Virus record (IMG/VR): IMGVR_UViG_2926558313_000004
Coordinates: 32,001-96,000 of that record
From: a virus
Lineage: Duplodnaviria > Caudoviricetes
Strand: one strand, 5' to 3'
Length of the DNA stretch: 64,000 nucleotides
In this document: positions 23,501 to 34,694 of the stretch, in pieces
Layout of the letters: every line of letters starts with the position of its first letter
Numbering within the stretch: position 1 is the first letter of the stretch
Notes under the pieces: generated by a model
Told to the model about the DNA's origin: nothing
What the model saw: the letters and a program-made list of their open reading frames with translations, nothing else
Databases searched by the model: none
Position numbers and translations under genes: made by a program

Positions 23501-26500
23501 AGTTAGCCCTTTATTCAAATTAACGCCCTCTAAATTCATCTTTTTTGTATATGTAAATCCTTCTTCTAAGTCTGCTTCTACGCATTCTTTATATTTCAAT
23601 CCTCTATAGCTTTCATCATTAAACGGTATCTTATATAAATAACCCTCTACAAAATCATAAGCTCGTTCCTCAGTTTTAAATGACTCTACTGGCATGGATG
23701 AGAACTCCATATAGACATCATAATATCCATGTGCCTCTACAACCTTAGTATTATTAATATTAGCAATTTGCTCTCCTTTCATTATTATCACCTCTCCGAA
23801 TAAGTCTTTTCTTCTTTCTTGAATTAGCCACTTTTACGAAGTGGTCAATTTCATTTTGATCATTTGCTTCAATAGCATTATTATATAATTCAATTTGTTT
23901 ATCTGTTAAATATTCGACCACTTCTTCACTCATATTTATCACCTAATTATTTTATATTTGTTTATTCATCCGCACACTCGAAATGATTTTCTTGCTTCAG
24001 CTACTTCCATCATACGCATTAAGACATCTACAAAATCACTATCTGACCTTGAATGATCTTCATAAGCCATAGCAAGTTCTAACTGCTCTTTTGGTGTCAA
24101 ATAAAACATTAATCCGTTAAACTTTTCATAAGTTTCAATATATTCATTATACGCATCGATTTCAATTTTCATCTCATCAACACTCATCTTCTCTCCCCCT
24201 TGCAATTTATTTCCTTAAGTTAATAATAACATGGTTTCCACATCCTAACAATAAAAATCTTAACATAATTTAATTTATTTTATTTACAAAATTCCAGTTC
24301 GAATTTTCGTTCGCTGTTATACGGTTTCGCGCTGTCTAATATCATTCAAAATTTCGTCTTTAGATCTTCTTACTCCAATTTCATTTATAACTTGAATTCC
24401 CAGAGAAGTAAAAACTTCTTCGAGAATAGGGAAGTCAACTTCATCATACGAAAACTTTCCATCGGTCGATGCATTTTGAATGTTGCTTAATAAACGTTTC
24501 AATAAATCATCCTTACTAATTCGACCGTCAACCATCCAAGCACTATAGAAGATATTACCAATAAATTTTCTTAATTTTATTTCTTCCATAAGCTTCAAAT
24601 CGATCATTTTTTGATAAATATCAACTACCATACTCAGGATATTATATTTATCAATATGATTTACTGGAATGTCATATAATTCAGAAGCAAAATACTTTAA
24701 GTCTTGATCATAGTTAATTCGTCCGAAGTGTCCTTTGGTGTATAATATAAGCTGCTTTTCAAAATGATTAAGTTCTGTTTTCATGTTACACCACCCTTTA
24801 ACTATATTTATTTTTAATTTCTACCATAACTAACATTGCATAGGTGAAATAGGATTTATCACCGAACATTTTATACAGCGTCATATAATCATTATATTTA
24901 TCAAGAAGATCATCAATGCAGTGATTGTTAGATAGTTCAAGTTTAATTATCATATCAGCATTCACCAGCCTCATAATTTTATTAATTTGCTCCTGAGAAA
25001 AAGCTTCTGGTTTATTATAGTTATTCATTTTTAAGCTCCTATCTGCCTTCTTAAAATCAGCATTTTATTAAGTTTCATAGTCTCCACCTAAAATTTCATC
25101 TTTGGTGAATATAGGCAAAATCCATAGCAACCAATATGTAGTACTTTTTCTTTTCTGTTTTCCATAATATCCAACCTTTTTAAAATAATATTTTTCAGTC
25201 TTTCTTATCATGTTATCAACTCCTTTAAAGTTTTTTAATGCCAATAAATTCATCTGGATAAATATATTCACTTAAATATCTTTCTTTATCCCATACATCC
25301 AATCTGTCATAACCCAGCCCTTCATTCTCTACTTCTCTAACTTCCACTATGTCACCGTTAGACCATAGCATCTCTCCCTGTCTAATTGCATTCACATTAA
25401 TAATTTTTATTTTTTCTCCTTTTTTGAAATTAGTAATTAACATTTTTGTCATCCCCATTATTAAATTTAATTGAAATTACATTTTTATTTAAAGCTGTTC
25501 AATAAGTTAACTTTTCTTTCCGCTTCTTCACTGCTCGCATAGCTATAAGGAGAATGACCACTTTCAGTATGATAGATATGATAGGCTCCGGTTTCATCTT
25601 CAAACTCATAATACCATTCTCCAATTTTCAATTGCTCTTCTGTTAATTTCATTAGATCTCCTCCTCTAAAATCCCTATTTTATGTAGCTGCTGTTATTCA
25701 ATCTCACTTACTGATTCAGTCCAAAAACAAGACCCTGTATTGTTGAAATAAATGTCAACCTTTTCATTCTTAAAGAATTGTATTAGTAAATCATAAAAAT
25801 CTGTCGTTGGGTTAATAATCTGGTCTTCCATATTCAAATATCTATCTTTAACCAACTTAATATCTACACTACTATGATTGGGGATCAGTCTTATACTACT
25901 TCCTGACTGTTCCATTAAATTGTTAAATTCATTAATCATTTCTTTTGAAATAACGCTCATCATTATTCCCTCCTGTTTTATCCAATCATTTTGATTATAC
26001 TATGTCTTGAATATGTTCACATCGATAATTTCAGCAATAGTATGTAGCTGCTGTTATACACTTAATGATCGAACTATTCATTAACCTTTTTAAACCTTCC
26101 ATTAATGTACATTTCTTCTCTTACATATCTTCTTGCTGATTGATACGAGGGAAACCAAAGGGCGTTTGTTGTTGAATCACTCCAATGGTTAGTGCAGATT
26201 GTAAAAAAGTCTTTTCTTACTTCTGTTATCGTGACAGTTTCTCTATCAGTTTCAATTCTCCATTTATTCAATTTTTACACCCTTTCTTAATGAACATAAT
26301 CACTCTTATGTTCAATTACTATAAAATGATTCTTTTAATTAAATTGCTCAGACTTCTTTTTAACTGTTAAAATAAACTCTCCTGCAACTCCTTGCTCGTA
26401 AAAATAATTTTCAAAATCATCTAAGGTGTCAATTAATGTCATAATCATATGTTGTTCAGGCAACATTTCTATTTCAAATTTTACATGTCCTTCATCATTC

Positions 26501-26820
26501 ATTTCAATATAATATACACTTCCCGAAGCTTTATAATGCATCATGGTATATTCTACTTCAGGAAAACGTTGCTCGATAATGTCTTTTGTTCTAAAATCAA
26601 AAGTATGAATACAAGCAACCATTGCTTGCTCTAAAATGTCATTAAAAGTGACTTTTTCTTTATCTATTTCCAAGAATCCTATTACATCTGCAACTTGTTC
26701 ATAAACCCCATCACTTAGATTATAGATGTAGTTTTCCTCAAAATTATTTCTAGCATATTTTTGAATCATTTCTTCACGGCTCATTAGTTTATTCATTAAT
26801 ACCCCTCCTGATTTTAGATG

Positions 26821-27057
26821 CTATTCACCCGAAAACCAATCGTCTTCATCAACTATTTTAAAAACTCTGTCTACATCTGTTATTTCTAATGCCGTGATTA
26901 TTGTATTGAGCGTATCTATCTTGATTGTCGTTCTTTTCATGTTCACAAGCTCACTAATCTTGGGCTGCGTAATGCCTGTTAACTGACTTAGTTGAGCTTG
27001 TGTCATGTTTTTCTCATAAAGTATTTCTTTGAGGCGCAATTTAACTTTTAAGTTCAA
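26821..27057 (-). CDS. XRE-family HTH regulator
   Basis: LKEILYEKNMTQAQLSQLTGITQPKISEL. Confidence 0.9.
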   Translation of the reverse strand: MNLKVKLRLKEILYEKNMTQAQLSQLTGITQPKISELVNMKRTTIKIDTLNTIITALEITDVDRVFKIVDEDDWFSGE

Positions 27058-27931
27058 TAATTGTCACTCCCCTTCGAAATATCTCTTAGCTGCTTCGAAA
27101 AAGAATTTTTCTGGCAGGGCATATAAAGGAAAGTCAAATCCTTGTAAATTATATTGCTCATGAATTTTTCTAGTTAAGCCGTCGTTTAAAATTCCGGTCT
27201 TTTTCCATTCCACTAATTCGTCGTAAGCCGCTTTTAGTTGCTTGTCTGTTAATGCTGCAATAAACTCCTCTAAATGTTTCATTATTATAATTCCTCCTTA
27301 AATTCCAGCGATTAAAAGACTTCGCTGTTATATGATTAATCATTAAGGTAGTCTGTATCCAATTCAGCATAGCAAGGGTTGACATCTTCTATATTTTTTC
27401 CTTCCGGTACTTTCCAGCATATAAAAGCCGGATGTCCGTCGATTGTTTCTGCTTTTGCTACATGTGTGAAACCTCTTGGACTGCTTATTTTGATTGGCTT
27501 ATCAGTCATTATATATTCATCTTCTGCAATTGTATAAACTTCCATATTAAATCCCTCCCCTTTTGAGTTATATTATACCATTGTTGGAATAGAGGGCAAT
27601 TGAAGAAAACATATTTTAGTTTTTTCTCAATGACCTACTTTTATATCGAAAAATTTTAGAAAGTCATCCGTTACAAAAATATCATCCTTTGTGATCTCTG
27701 CCTGTATGTCCTTGTTATAACCTTCGGCTGCACTGTAAATAGCGTAAATTTTTGCTTTATCGTATGTGCGCCCATTTAGTTTTACAATTCTTAGAATAGC
27801 CCCATGACAAATCACCAGTCGGTTGAATTCGTCATTACCTTGTATGGATATATCATTTATTTTACCTCCCTCAAAAATTATTGTTGCCGTAGCCCCTGAA
27901 TTTTTATGAGTTAATACTATTATTTTCATTT

Positions 27932-28693
27932 CTAATTCCTCCTTTCTATTATAAACGTAATCTCATGATCGTTTGACAGATCACCTTGTAATACCTCGAT
28001 TAAGTATTGCGGATTACGAATAAACTTTTTAATGAGTGTAACGCTTGTGTATATCATGATGTTTCTATAAATTTTATCGTGGTCACTTACAACATCGTTA
28101 GAGTTGAATGCCCCGCTAAGATCAAAGTAGACATATGCTTCTCTATCTCCTTCTGTGAACGATTCATCACCGTTATTAGATATATCCACCTTTATTTTTG
28201 TTTGGTAGAATAATCCGTGTTTTAATTTTTGGATAATCGTCACGCCCTCTAATAAAGCTTTTTCCAGTTGATCGCTTGTCATCTCAACTGTTTTGTAATC
28301 AATTGTCTTTTTTAGTGACGGGCGCTGCAATCTATCCCATTCTTTTATTAGAGTCTCTTCCAGTTTCCTTTCTTTTTCGGGAGGAGACTCTTTATTATTT
28401 TTTGAGTTTATTTCCATTTCTACATAGTCGAAAATTATATCGACGTGTACATATCCCGCCCAATATGGATCGTAACCTGGATCAATCGACTCTACTGTCC
28501 TAGATTTAAAAAACAGGATCGCTTGCTCGTCACTTTTTAGATTATGACATAGAGACGAAGGGATTACTGTGTAGTGCATGTTGGTATTTTTGTCAAGTAC
28601 TGTGTAATCGGTCAAAATATCTTTCAGATGATAGTCTGATCGAGAAAAATCCTTACCTGTTACCTTTAACATATCTTTGTGTAATTGTTCCAT
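27932..28693 (-). CDS. Hypothetical protein
   Basis: 253-aa ORF with RBS GGAGG. Confidence 0.7.
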   Translation of the reverse strand: MEQLHKDMLKVTGKDFSRSDYHLKDILTDYTVLDKNTNMHYTVIPSSLCHNLKSDEQAILFFKSRTVESIDPGYDPYWAGYVHVDIIFDYVEMEINSKNNKESPPEKERKLEETLIKEWDRLQRPSLKKTIDYKTVEMTSDQLEKALLEGVTIIQKLKHGLFYQTKIKVDISNNGDESFTEGDREAYVYFDLSGAFNSNDVVSDHDKIYRNIMIYTSVTLIKKFIRNPQYLIEVLQGDLSNDHEITFIIERRN

Positions 28694-28803
28694 ATCATCC
28701 TACCTCCATTTATTTTATTTTTATTAATTTCGTTTTTAATCTTTCCAGCAATCCTTCGATCAAGCTGTTATACACTATAACTAGTCGAAGGATTAAGCAA
28801 AAA

Positions 28804-29370
28804 TTAAATATCTAACTCTTTAACTTTGATCGGATTACTTGCGACAACTAACCGCTCACTAAGAGCTACGTCTGTTAAGTCGCCATCTTTTTTATAATCA
28901 AAATCTTTAATTGTAACAGCCGTATACATATCGCACTCAGTAATCAAGTGTGGAGGCAGTGTGCCGACAACGTGCTTGCCTTTAATATCCTCTGCTGTTA
29001 CATTCTCAAAAACGGGCGCTAACCACCAGTCTTTTTTAAGAATATCAATCGTGCCTTTATGACGGCTTGCGATCACTGTTTTATCTGGATTGGAATACTT
29101 AATAAGATCAAGCTTATCTACAACCTCAATTTGATATTTGCGTACTGGTAAATCAGCATCAAAAATCTCTTGAGATGTGTTAAATATTGTGCCTCTCGGC
29201 AGTTGCAGTGCATAAAACTCTGTTACTCCTTGCTCTGCTAAAATAGCAGGTGATAGCGACGATAAAACAACCTCTTCTGTTCCTTGACTGAAATCAGATA
29301 ATCCCTTAATAGCTTCAAATCCACTTGCTACAACCTTTTTTTCTGATAATAATTGTTTAATAGTTTTCAT
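28804..29370 (-). CDS. Csx16-like protein with tandem domains (putative ring nuclease)
   Basis: C-half IASRHKGT...DIKGKHVVGTLPPHL matches the Csx16 SRH.G...V.GTLP.HL pattern; N-half VVLSSLSPAILAE...YALQLP looks like a degenerate copy. Confidence 0.55.
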   Translation of the reverse strand: MKTIKQLLSEKKVVASGFEAIKGLSDFSQGTEEVVLSSLSPAILAEQGVTEFYALQLPRGTIFNTSQEIFDADLPVRKYQIEVVDKLDLIKYSNPDKTVIASRHKGTIDILKKDWWLAPVFENVTAEDIKGKHVVGTLPPHLITECDMYTAVTIKDFDYKKDGDLTDVALSERLVVASNPIKVKELDI

Positions 29371-30827
29371 TTTAAATTCTCCTTTTTTTATATTTTTAAT
29401 TTTATTTTTCCAGTGATTCTCTTAGCTGCCTGTTAATCAACTAAGAGAATCTGACAAGTATGAATTAGATATTCTCTACTCTGATTGGATTATCCCAATC
29501 ACAAGCTTCTGACTCGTCTGAAGTATCAAAATTAATTGTTTCCCAGTAGATCATATATTCCTTATCATTTTCATCGACAGCATGAGCTTTATACTCACTA
29601 CCATCATCTGAAACATATGCATCTTGCAATGTGCGATACTCTTTACCCTCAAATTCTACAATGGTTGAATTTCCGCTATTTAATTCTTCAAACTTTTTCA
29701 TAATGACTTCCTCCTTTTGTTTTTGTTTCCTTATCTTTAACTTAATTTTATACTAAAAGTAGTATAAAGTCAATAAATTATTATAATTATTTTTATTTTA
29801 TTTATAGGAAATGTGTTTTAATAATGCCTGTTCCAGCCATGTAAAATAATCCTGCTAAAACAATACCTGTCAATATAATAATAGACCAATCAGTTTTATC
29901 TTTATTTTTAATTTGTTTATGTAGCACAATTATCAACCCCATATCATTATTTTAGTTTTATATTGTGAATGAAAAACCTTCCCTCTTACGTTCAGATAAA
30001 ATAGTCATTAATACCGAATCTTTCTTTATAACCCACTACGTTCAGATAATAAAGTCACCTATTTACTTTTTAAAGATCGGAAAGTAACTATGAGATGCGA
30101 ACCCGCAACGTCCAACCTCTAAAACATATCCATTGTTATTTTCCGTTACACAGATCTCCTTATAAGATGAGACATATTCCATTTTCTCTTGTACTTGCTT
30201 AGATATAAAATACAATCCTTTTGAATTCAAATAATTACAAGCGTCCTCTGCTCTTTCAAAATAAAGTTCTCTCCCCCAGTCTTTTTTAAATACGCCAACA
30301 TTCATACCGTTAATTATTTCTCTCATTTTTTACCTCCTGTTATTTAATGATTTAATTATCGCTCATTAAATCAGATATATCAATAGTATCCTCTAAATTC
30401 ATCAACCTGTCAGACATAGCACCCTCTAAATCGTGTTCATTAATCCCAGCTTTGAGTAGTCTTTTTTTTGATTACCTTTTGTTTTTCGAGGGATAATTGA
30501 GATATAAAGATTGTTTTGTTATACTCCATCTATTATAACTCCTTATATAATTAACTTTAAAAGATTGAATTTATCCGAATACAGTATTTATTATTTCCCC
30601 AGTTTTTACATTTAGGAATTTTTCGTTTTTATAATAATCTAAGTAAAACATTTTAATAAAACTTATACCTGTTTCCAAAAGCCCGAAATCATACACCAGA
30701 TTATCCACTTCAATTTTAATCTGATGATTATCTAAGTTGTAATTTATAAGCTTAATGTCTGAAGCCTCTACAAGTTTTTTAATAAACATTTTTATTCCTC
30801 CTTCCAACTTAAAATATTACTTTTATC

Positions 30828-31091
30828 CTAATTAGTTTTTAGGTGTATTTCTCCATTGTCACTAACCTTCAAAGTTGTAATTCCAACATACTCTAAAACT
30901 TCTACCTCTAACACTTGAAACATTTCTCCATTTGGATTACAAAATTTATCATTTACAATTCTCTCAAAATGTCTAATACTTCCGTTTTTCATTTCAACTT
31001 TAAACCTAACCTTATGTCCCTCAAATTCTTTTTGTCTGTTAACAAATTCATCTATGCTCATTTTCATTTCAATTCCTCCAATTTTTTTCAT
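30828..31091 (-). CDS. Hypothetical protein, paralogue of 35499-35705
   Basis: Shared MSIDEF..RQ.EFEG.K.RFKVEMKNGSI.HFER.VNDKFCNPNGE.F.VLEVE.LEYVGI. Confidence 0.8.
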   Translation of the reverse strand: MKKIGGIEMKMSIDEFVNRQKEFEGHKVRFKVEMKNGSIRHFERIVNDKFCNPNGEMFQVLEVEVLEYVGITTLKVSDNGEIHLKTN

Positions 31092-32022
31092 AAAAGGTTT
31101 ATTTTATTATAGCTTCCTATGCTTCTTGTTCTGTCCGAAAAACTGTAAATTCATTCCTAGTCTACTTTTATCTTTCTTCTTTTTTAAAAAATCTTTTGCA
31201 AGCTCAATTTGAGAAGGCTTTAACGCTTTAATAATTGGACTTTATTCATCTTTGATCGTCCGGCAATTCCTTTTTCCTTCGCTAGTTCATAAAGCTCTTT
31301 CATTGTCATATTAGATAGTTTTTTGTTATTCATTTTTATTTCCTCCCTGTTTATCTTTAATTTTATTTTATATCATTACTAGTATAATGTCAATATATAA
31401 TTTAATTAATTTTATTAAAATGCCAGTGATAATTTAAAGATGCTGTTATAGAAATGTTAATTACGAACCAATCTAACAAAATTGATCAATTGCTCCTGTG
31501 AATAGTTTTCTCGTTTAAATCTTGGTAAATTAATTTCGTTCAAATCAAATTCTTTCAAGCCTAATTCTTTTAGGCGTCTAAAATAACTTTTCAGGCTAAT
31601 CCATTTTAAAGCTGTTATACTTGTTTCCCATTCGCTAAAACGAACGAGTGAACCGTCTACAATATTATAATTATATTTAAAAATATTTCCCGTGTTCGTA
31701 TTAACTTCTACGACTTCATAGGAACATGAGCCATTGTTGTATTTTCTGAATGCCTTGATATTTTTCATATTAAAAACCTCCAGTATTATTTATACTTTGC
31801 TGTTATAAGCTTATTTGTTCGGCTTCAATATTTAATTCATTCACCCATCTATTATGTGCTTCTATTCCTGCTCCTACGTTACGGCAGCACTGAGGGCGCA
31901 AAGGACATTGCCCGCAATTATTTTTATAGTTCTGTTTGCAAATATCCTTTACTTTTTGTTTTAATTCTTCATACATGCTTAAAACCTCCACCAGTTCGAT
32001 TTTTAATCTGCTGTTATATAGA

Positions 32023-34173
32023 TCACGCTGGTTGCATTTCCTTCTTTACTTGCAAGGCAACAAACTTTTTTGCGTCTTCTAATTTTTCAGTTGTTTTTGT
32101 GGAATGGATTTCATATCCATTTTTAAATACTCTAAAGCATCCCCACAACTTACAAATCCAATAATTACCATGAATATACACACGCCTATCATCTTTAATT
32201 CCCATGTATTCAATTTCTTTTCTCTTTGTTTGGAATTCAATATCAATTTCAGTATTTTTAATTTCTTGCTTTAACTTACTATCCTTCTCATTAATAATTC
32301 TGTATTCAGTTTTATTAATTTTATTTTCGATCTCTTCTGTTAAATGGACTAAATCGCCCATTAACTTATGCTGTCTATCATCTGCTTTTCTATCTTTATG
32401 TCTATTCCTTCCGGCTGCCCCAGTGACAAACCATGAAGGATTGTTTGCCTTGAAGCTTAGATATTTGACATAAGCATCATAATATTTCTTTTTAAAACGT
32501 TGTAAGTCACGTTTTAAATAATAGATTGTTGCTTTATTACTTGTTGTAGAAATAACCTCTTTAACTTGATTAGTATAGCGTGAAAACGTTTCTTGAATTT
32601 CTTTCGTATGGTCGCGCTTCTGTTTACGGAATACCCATGCACTGTCATGCTCTCTATCTTGTAGCTGTTGATCAATTGTATATGTTTCAATATCATCAAT
32701 TTCAATGTCAGGAAAGTTTAGGCTTGTTCCGCTTTCGCTGTTATGCGCTTCTGGTTGAGTATTATTACAAAGCGTTTGCACAAACTCCAAACGTTCCTCA
32801 CTTTGTTTTGCATACCATATCTTTCTAGCTCGTGACCATCTAAAACCATGCGCTTTTAGTTGTGCTCTGATTTCTTCGCTTGGCTTATCCGAAAATGAAA
32901 CTTCAATGCCGTTTTTCTCTTCATTCAAATAGTATGTTGCAGCATTGGTCTGCTCTTTTACTTCTTCGCTGTTATTGGTGGTTTCTTCATCAATTAAAGG
33001 ATCAAAATTACCTTCTCTACTATTTTTATTATTTTTATATTGATTATTATCCGGTGTCGGTTCAAAACCTTCTTTGACAGCGATATAACGAGCGTAGTCA
33101 TAGCCTTGCGGATCAATTAACAATGTTTCGTTTGTTTCAGTGTTAATCACTTCTAATACTACTCTATATGATTCATTTGCCCAACGTGTCTGATCTTCTT
33201 CTGACAATTCCCACATATTTTCAATGTCTTCGTTGACTTCAAATGTGCTATTTGTCCCACCCTTGAATTCTGTATTTAATGTTTGCATGTCTAAATTTGA
33301 TAAAAATAAATCGAATGATTCTTTATCAACTGAAATAGATTCTTCTACAACATATCTGTCATATGTTGCTAATTCCTTGGATATAACTTCTTTCATGCTA
33401 CACGGTTTGGAAGCAAACCATGCAAACGCAATTCTTTTCCCTTCTTTTGTATATAATTCTTTTTGTCTCGGCTCATCTACGGTTTCTCTTGCTCGTTCCA
33501 TTTCAATATTGTAACGCTCTTTCATGCTTAACTGATCTTTGATTGATGTAGTATCAAAAAGTATCATAGCAGTTCTATCGCTTTGTCCATATTGTTGAAT
33601 GGAACGCAGTTCAACATCTTTTACTAGTCTAACATTACCGTATGTCTTAAAACCATTTAAGAGCATTTCTTTAAGCGCCAACCCTGTAACATAGGGAATG
33701 TTACTAGCAATAAAAATTCTGTTATCAATTAACTCCTTACGCTTAAAATCGCCATGACTTCCTATTGCAAAAATATCGGTATTATTAAACTCTGCTAGTT
33801 CTGCTTTGATTACTCTGTTATCGTTTAGTAATTCGCAGCCTGTGAGATAACTATAATATTCAATCCAATGCGAATGATATTCGTCATAGTAATAAAATTC
33901 AACTTTATAAAGGGATAATAAATCAATGTTTTTATATGTAGCAGATTGAAGGAAGGAATCTCTTTTTTGTTTTCGCTCAGCTTCTTTTGCATTAAAAGCC
34001 GCCTCATGTTCTTTTTGTAAAAACAGACTAACAGCTTCAATAATTTCAGTTTTATGTTTTCTTGCTCCCTTTCCTTTTACTGAACTGTCGCTACCTTCAA
34101 AATAAGAAATAACCGCTTGAATCCCTTCACCACTTACTAAATATTGTCCATACTCTTTTTTCACTGTTAGCAT
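32023..34173 (-). CDS. Large multidomain (polyvalent-type) early protein
   Basis: Modules DPQGYDYARY, NGIEVSFSDKP...LKAHGFRWS...WY and SWFVTG, as seen in large polyvalent proteins of phages and plasmids; own strong promoter. Confidence 0.6.
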   Translation of the reverse strand: MLTVKKEYGQYLVSGEGIQAVISYFEGSDSSVKGKGARKHKTEIIEAVSLFLQKEHEAAFNAKEAERKQKRDSFLQSATYKNIDLLSLYKVEFYYYDEYHSHWIEYYSYLTGCELLNDNRVIKAELAEFNNTDIFAIGSHGDFKRKELIDNRIFIASNIPYVTGLALKEMLLNGFKTYGNVRLVKDVELRSIQQYGQSDRTAMILFDTTSIKDQLSMKERYNIEMERARETVDEPRQKELYTKEGKRIAFAWFASKPCSMKEVISKELATYDRYVVEESISVDKESFDLFLSNLDMQTLNTEFKGGTNSTFEVNEDIENMWELSEEDQTRWANESYRVVLEVINTETNETLLIDPQGYDYARYIAVKEGFEPTPDNNQYKNNKNSREGNFDPLIDEETTNNSEEVKEQTNAATYYLNEEKNGIEVSFSDKPSEEIRAQLKAHGFRWSRARKIWYAKQSEERLEFVQTLCNNTQPEAHNSESGTSLNFPDIEIDDIETYTIDQQLQDREHDSAWVFRKQKRDHTKEIQETFSRYTNQVKEVISTTSNKATIYYLKRDLQRFKKKYYDAYVKYLSFKANNPSWFVTGAAGRNRHKDRKADDRQHKLMGDLVHLTEEIENKINKTEYRIINEKDSKLKQEIKNTEIDIEFQTKRKEIEYMGIKDDRRVYIHGNYWICKLWGCFRVFKNGYEIHSTKTTEKLEDAKKFVALQVKKEMQPA

Positions 34174-34290
34174 TGTTTATCATCCTTTCGAAAGCTGTTT
34201 ATTAACTATCTTTATCTTATACTACATTTGATATAATGTCAATAATATAATTTAATTTGTTTTGTTTTTAAAATGTTGATTTTATGACAA

Positions 34291-34318
34291 GGAGAGTCAG
34301 CTATTCAGCTGATTCTCC
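34291..34318. terminator. Hairpin terminator
   Basis: GGAGAGTCAGCT-attc-AGCTGATTCTCC directly after the stop at 34318. Confidence 0.65.
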
Positions 34319-34662
34319 TACCCTTCCATGTTACATACATTACCGTTTCCATCTTCCCACATTTCATTAATTGGACAACTTCCATTGTCCAAGTCTTTGA
34401 TAATTTGCTCCATATCTTCGATTGTCGCTGGTGTGATTAATCCCAAAAAGTTTTCTTTCTTGTCGTAAACTTCAAAAGCGTGTAGACTATGGTCAAATTC
34501 CACTTCATTTACAATTACTAATGCCGTTTCCCAGGTTTTCATAATATAACCTCCTAATAGTTATTTATTAACTACCTTAATTTTATATCAGAAGTGGTAT
34601 ATTGTCAATACAATAATTTAATTCAATTTATAAAAACAGTTGTTTTTTTAAATTAATATTAG

Positions 34663-34694
34663 GGTTTCACTCTCTAACGTTAGAGAGTGAAACC
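34663..34694. repeat. Perfect 32-bp palindrome overlapping a stop codon
   Basis: GGTTTCACTCTCTAACGTTAGAGAGTGAAACC. Confidence 0.9.

Noticed and set aside
31591-31620. Intragenic TCAG-N17-CTGTTATA
   Set aside because: Spacing is off by one and it lies inside a coding sequence; not counted as a copy.
23444-32018. CRISPR array interpretation of the repeated junction motif
   Set aside because: Repeats are separated by whole genes of variable length, the repeat interior is variable, and no cas1/cas2 is present.
23444-32018. Canonical integron attC sites with IntI
   Set aside because: No consistent RYYYAAC...GTTRRRY pairing or long hairpin in most copies, and no recognisable IntI; kept only as an analogy.
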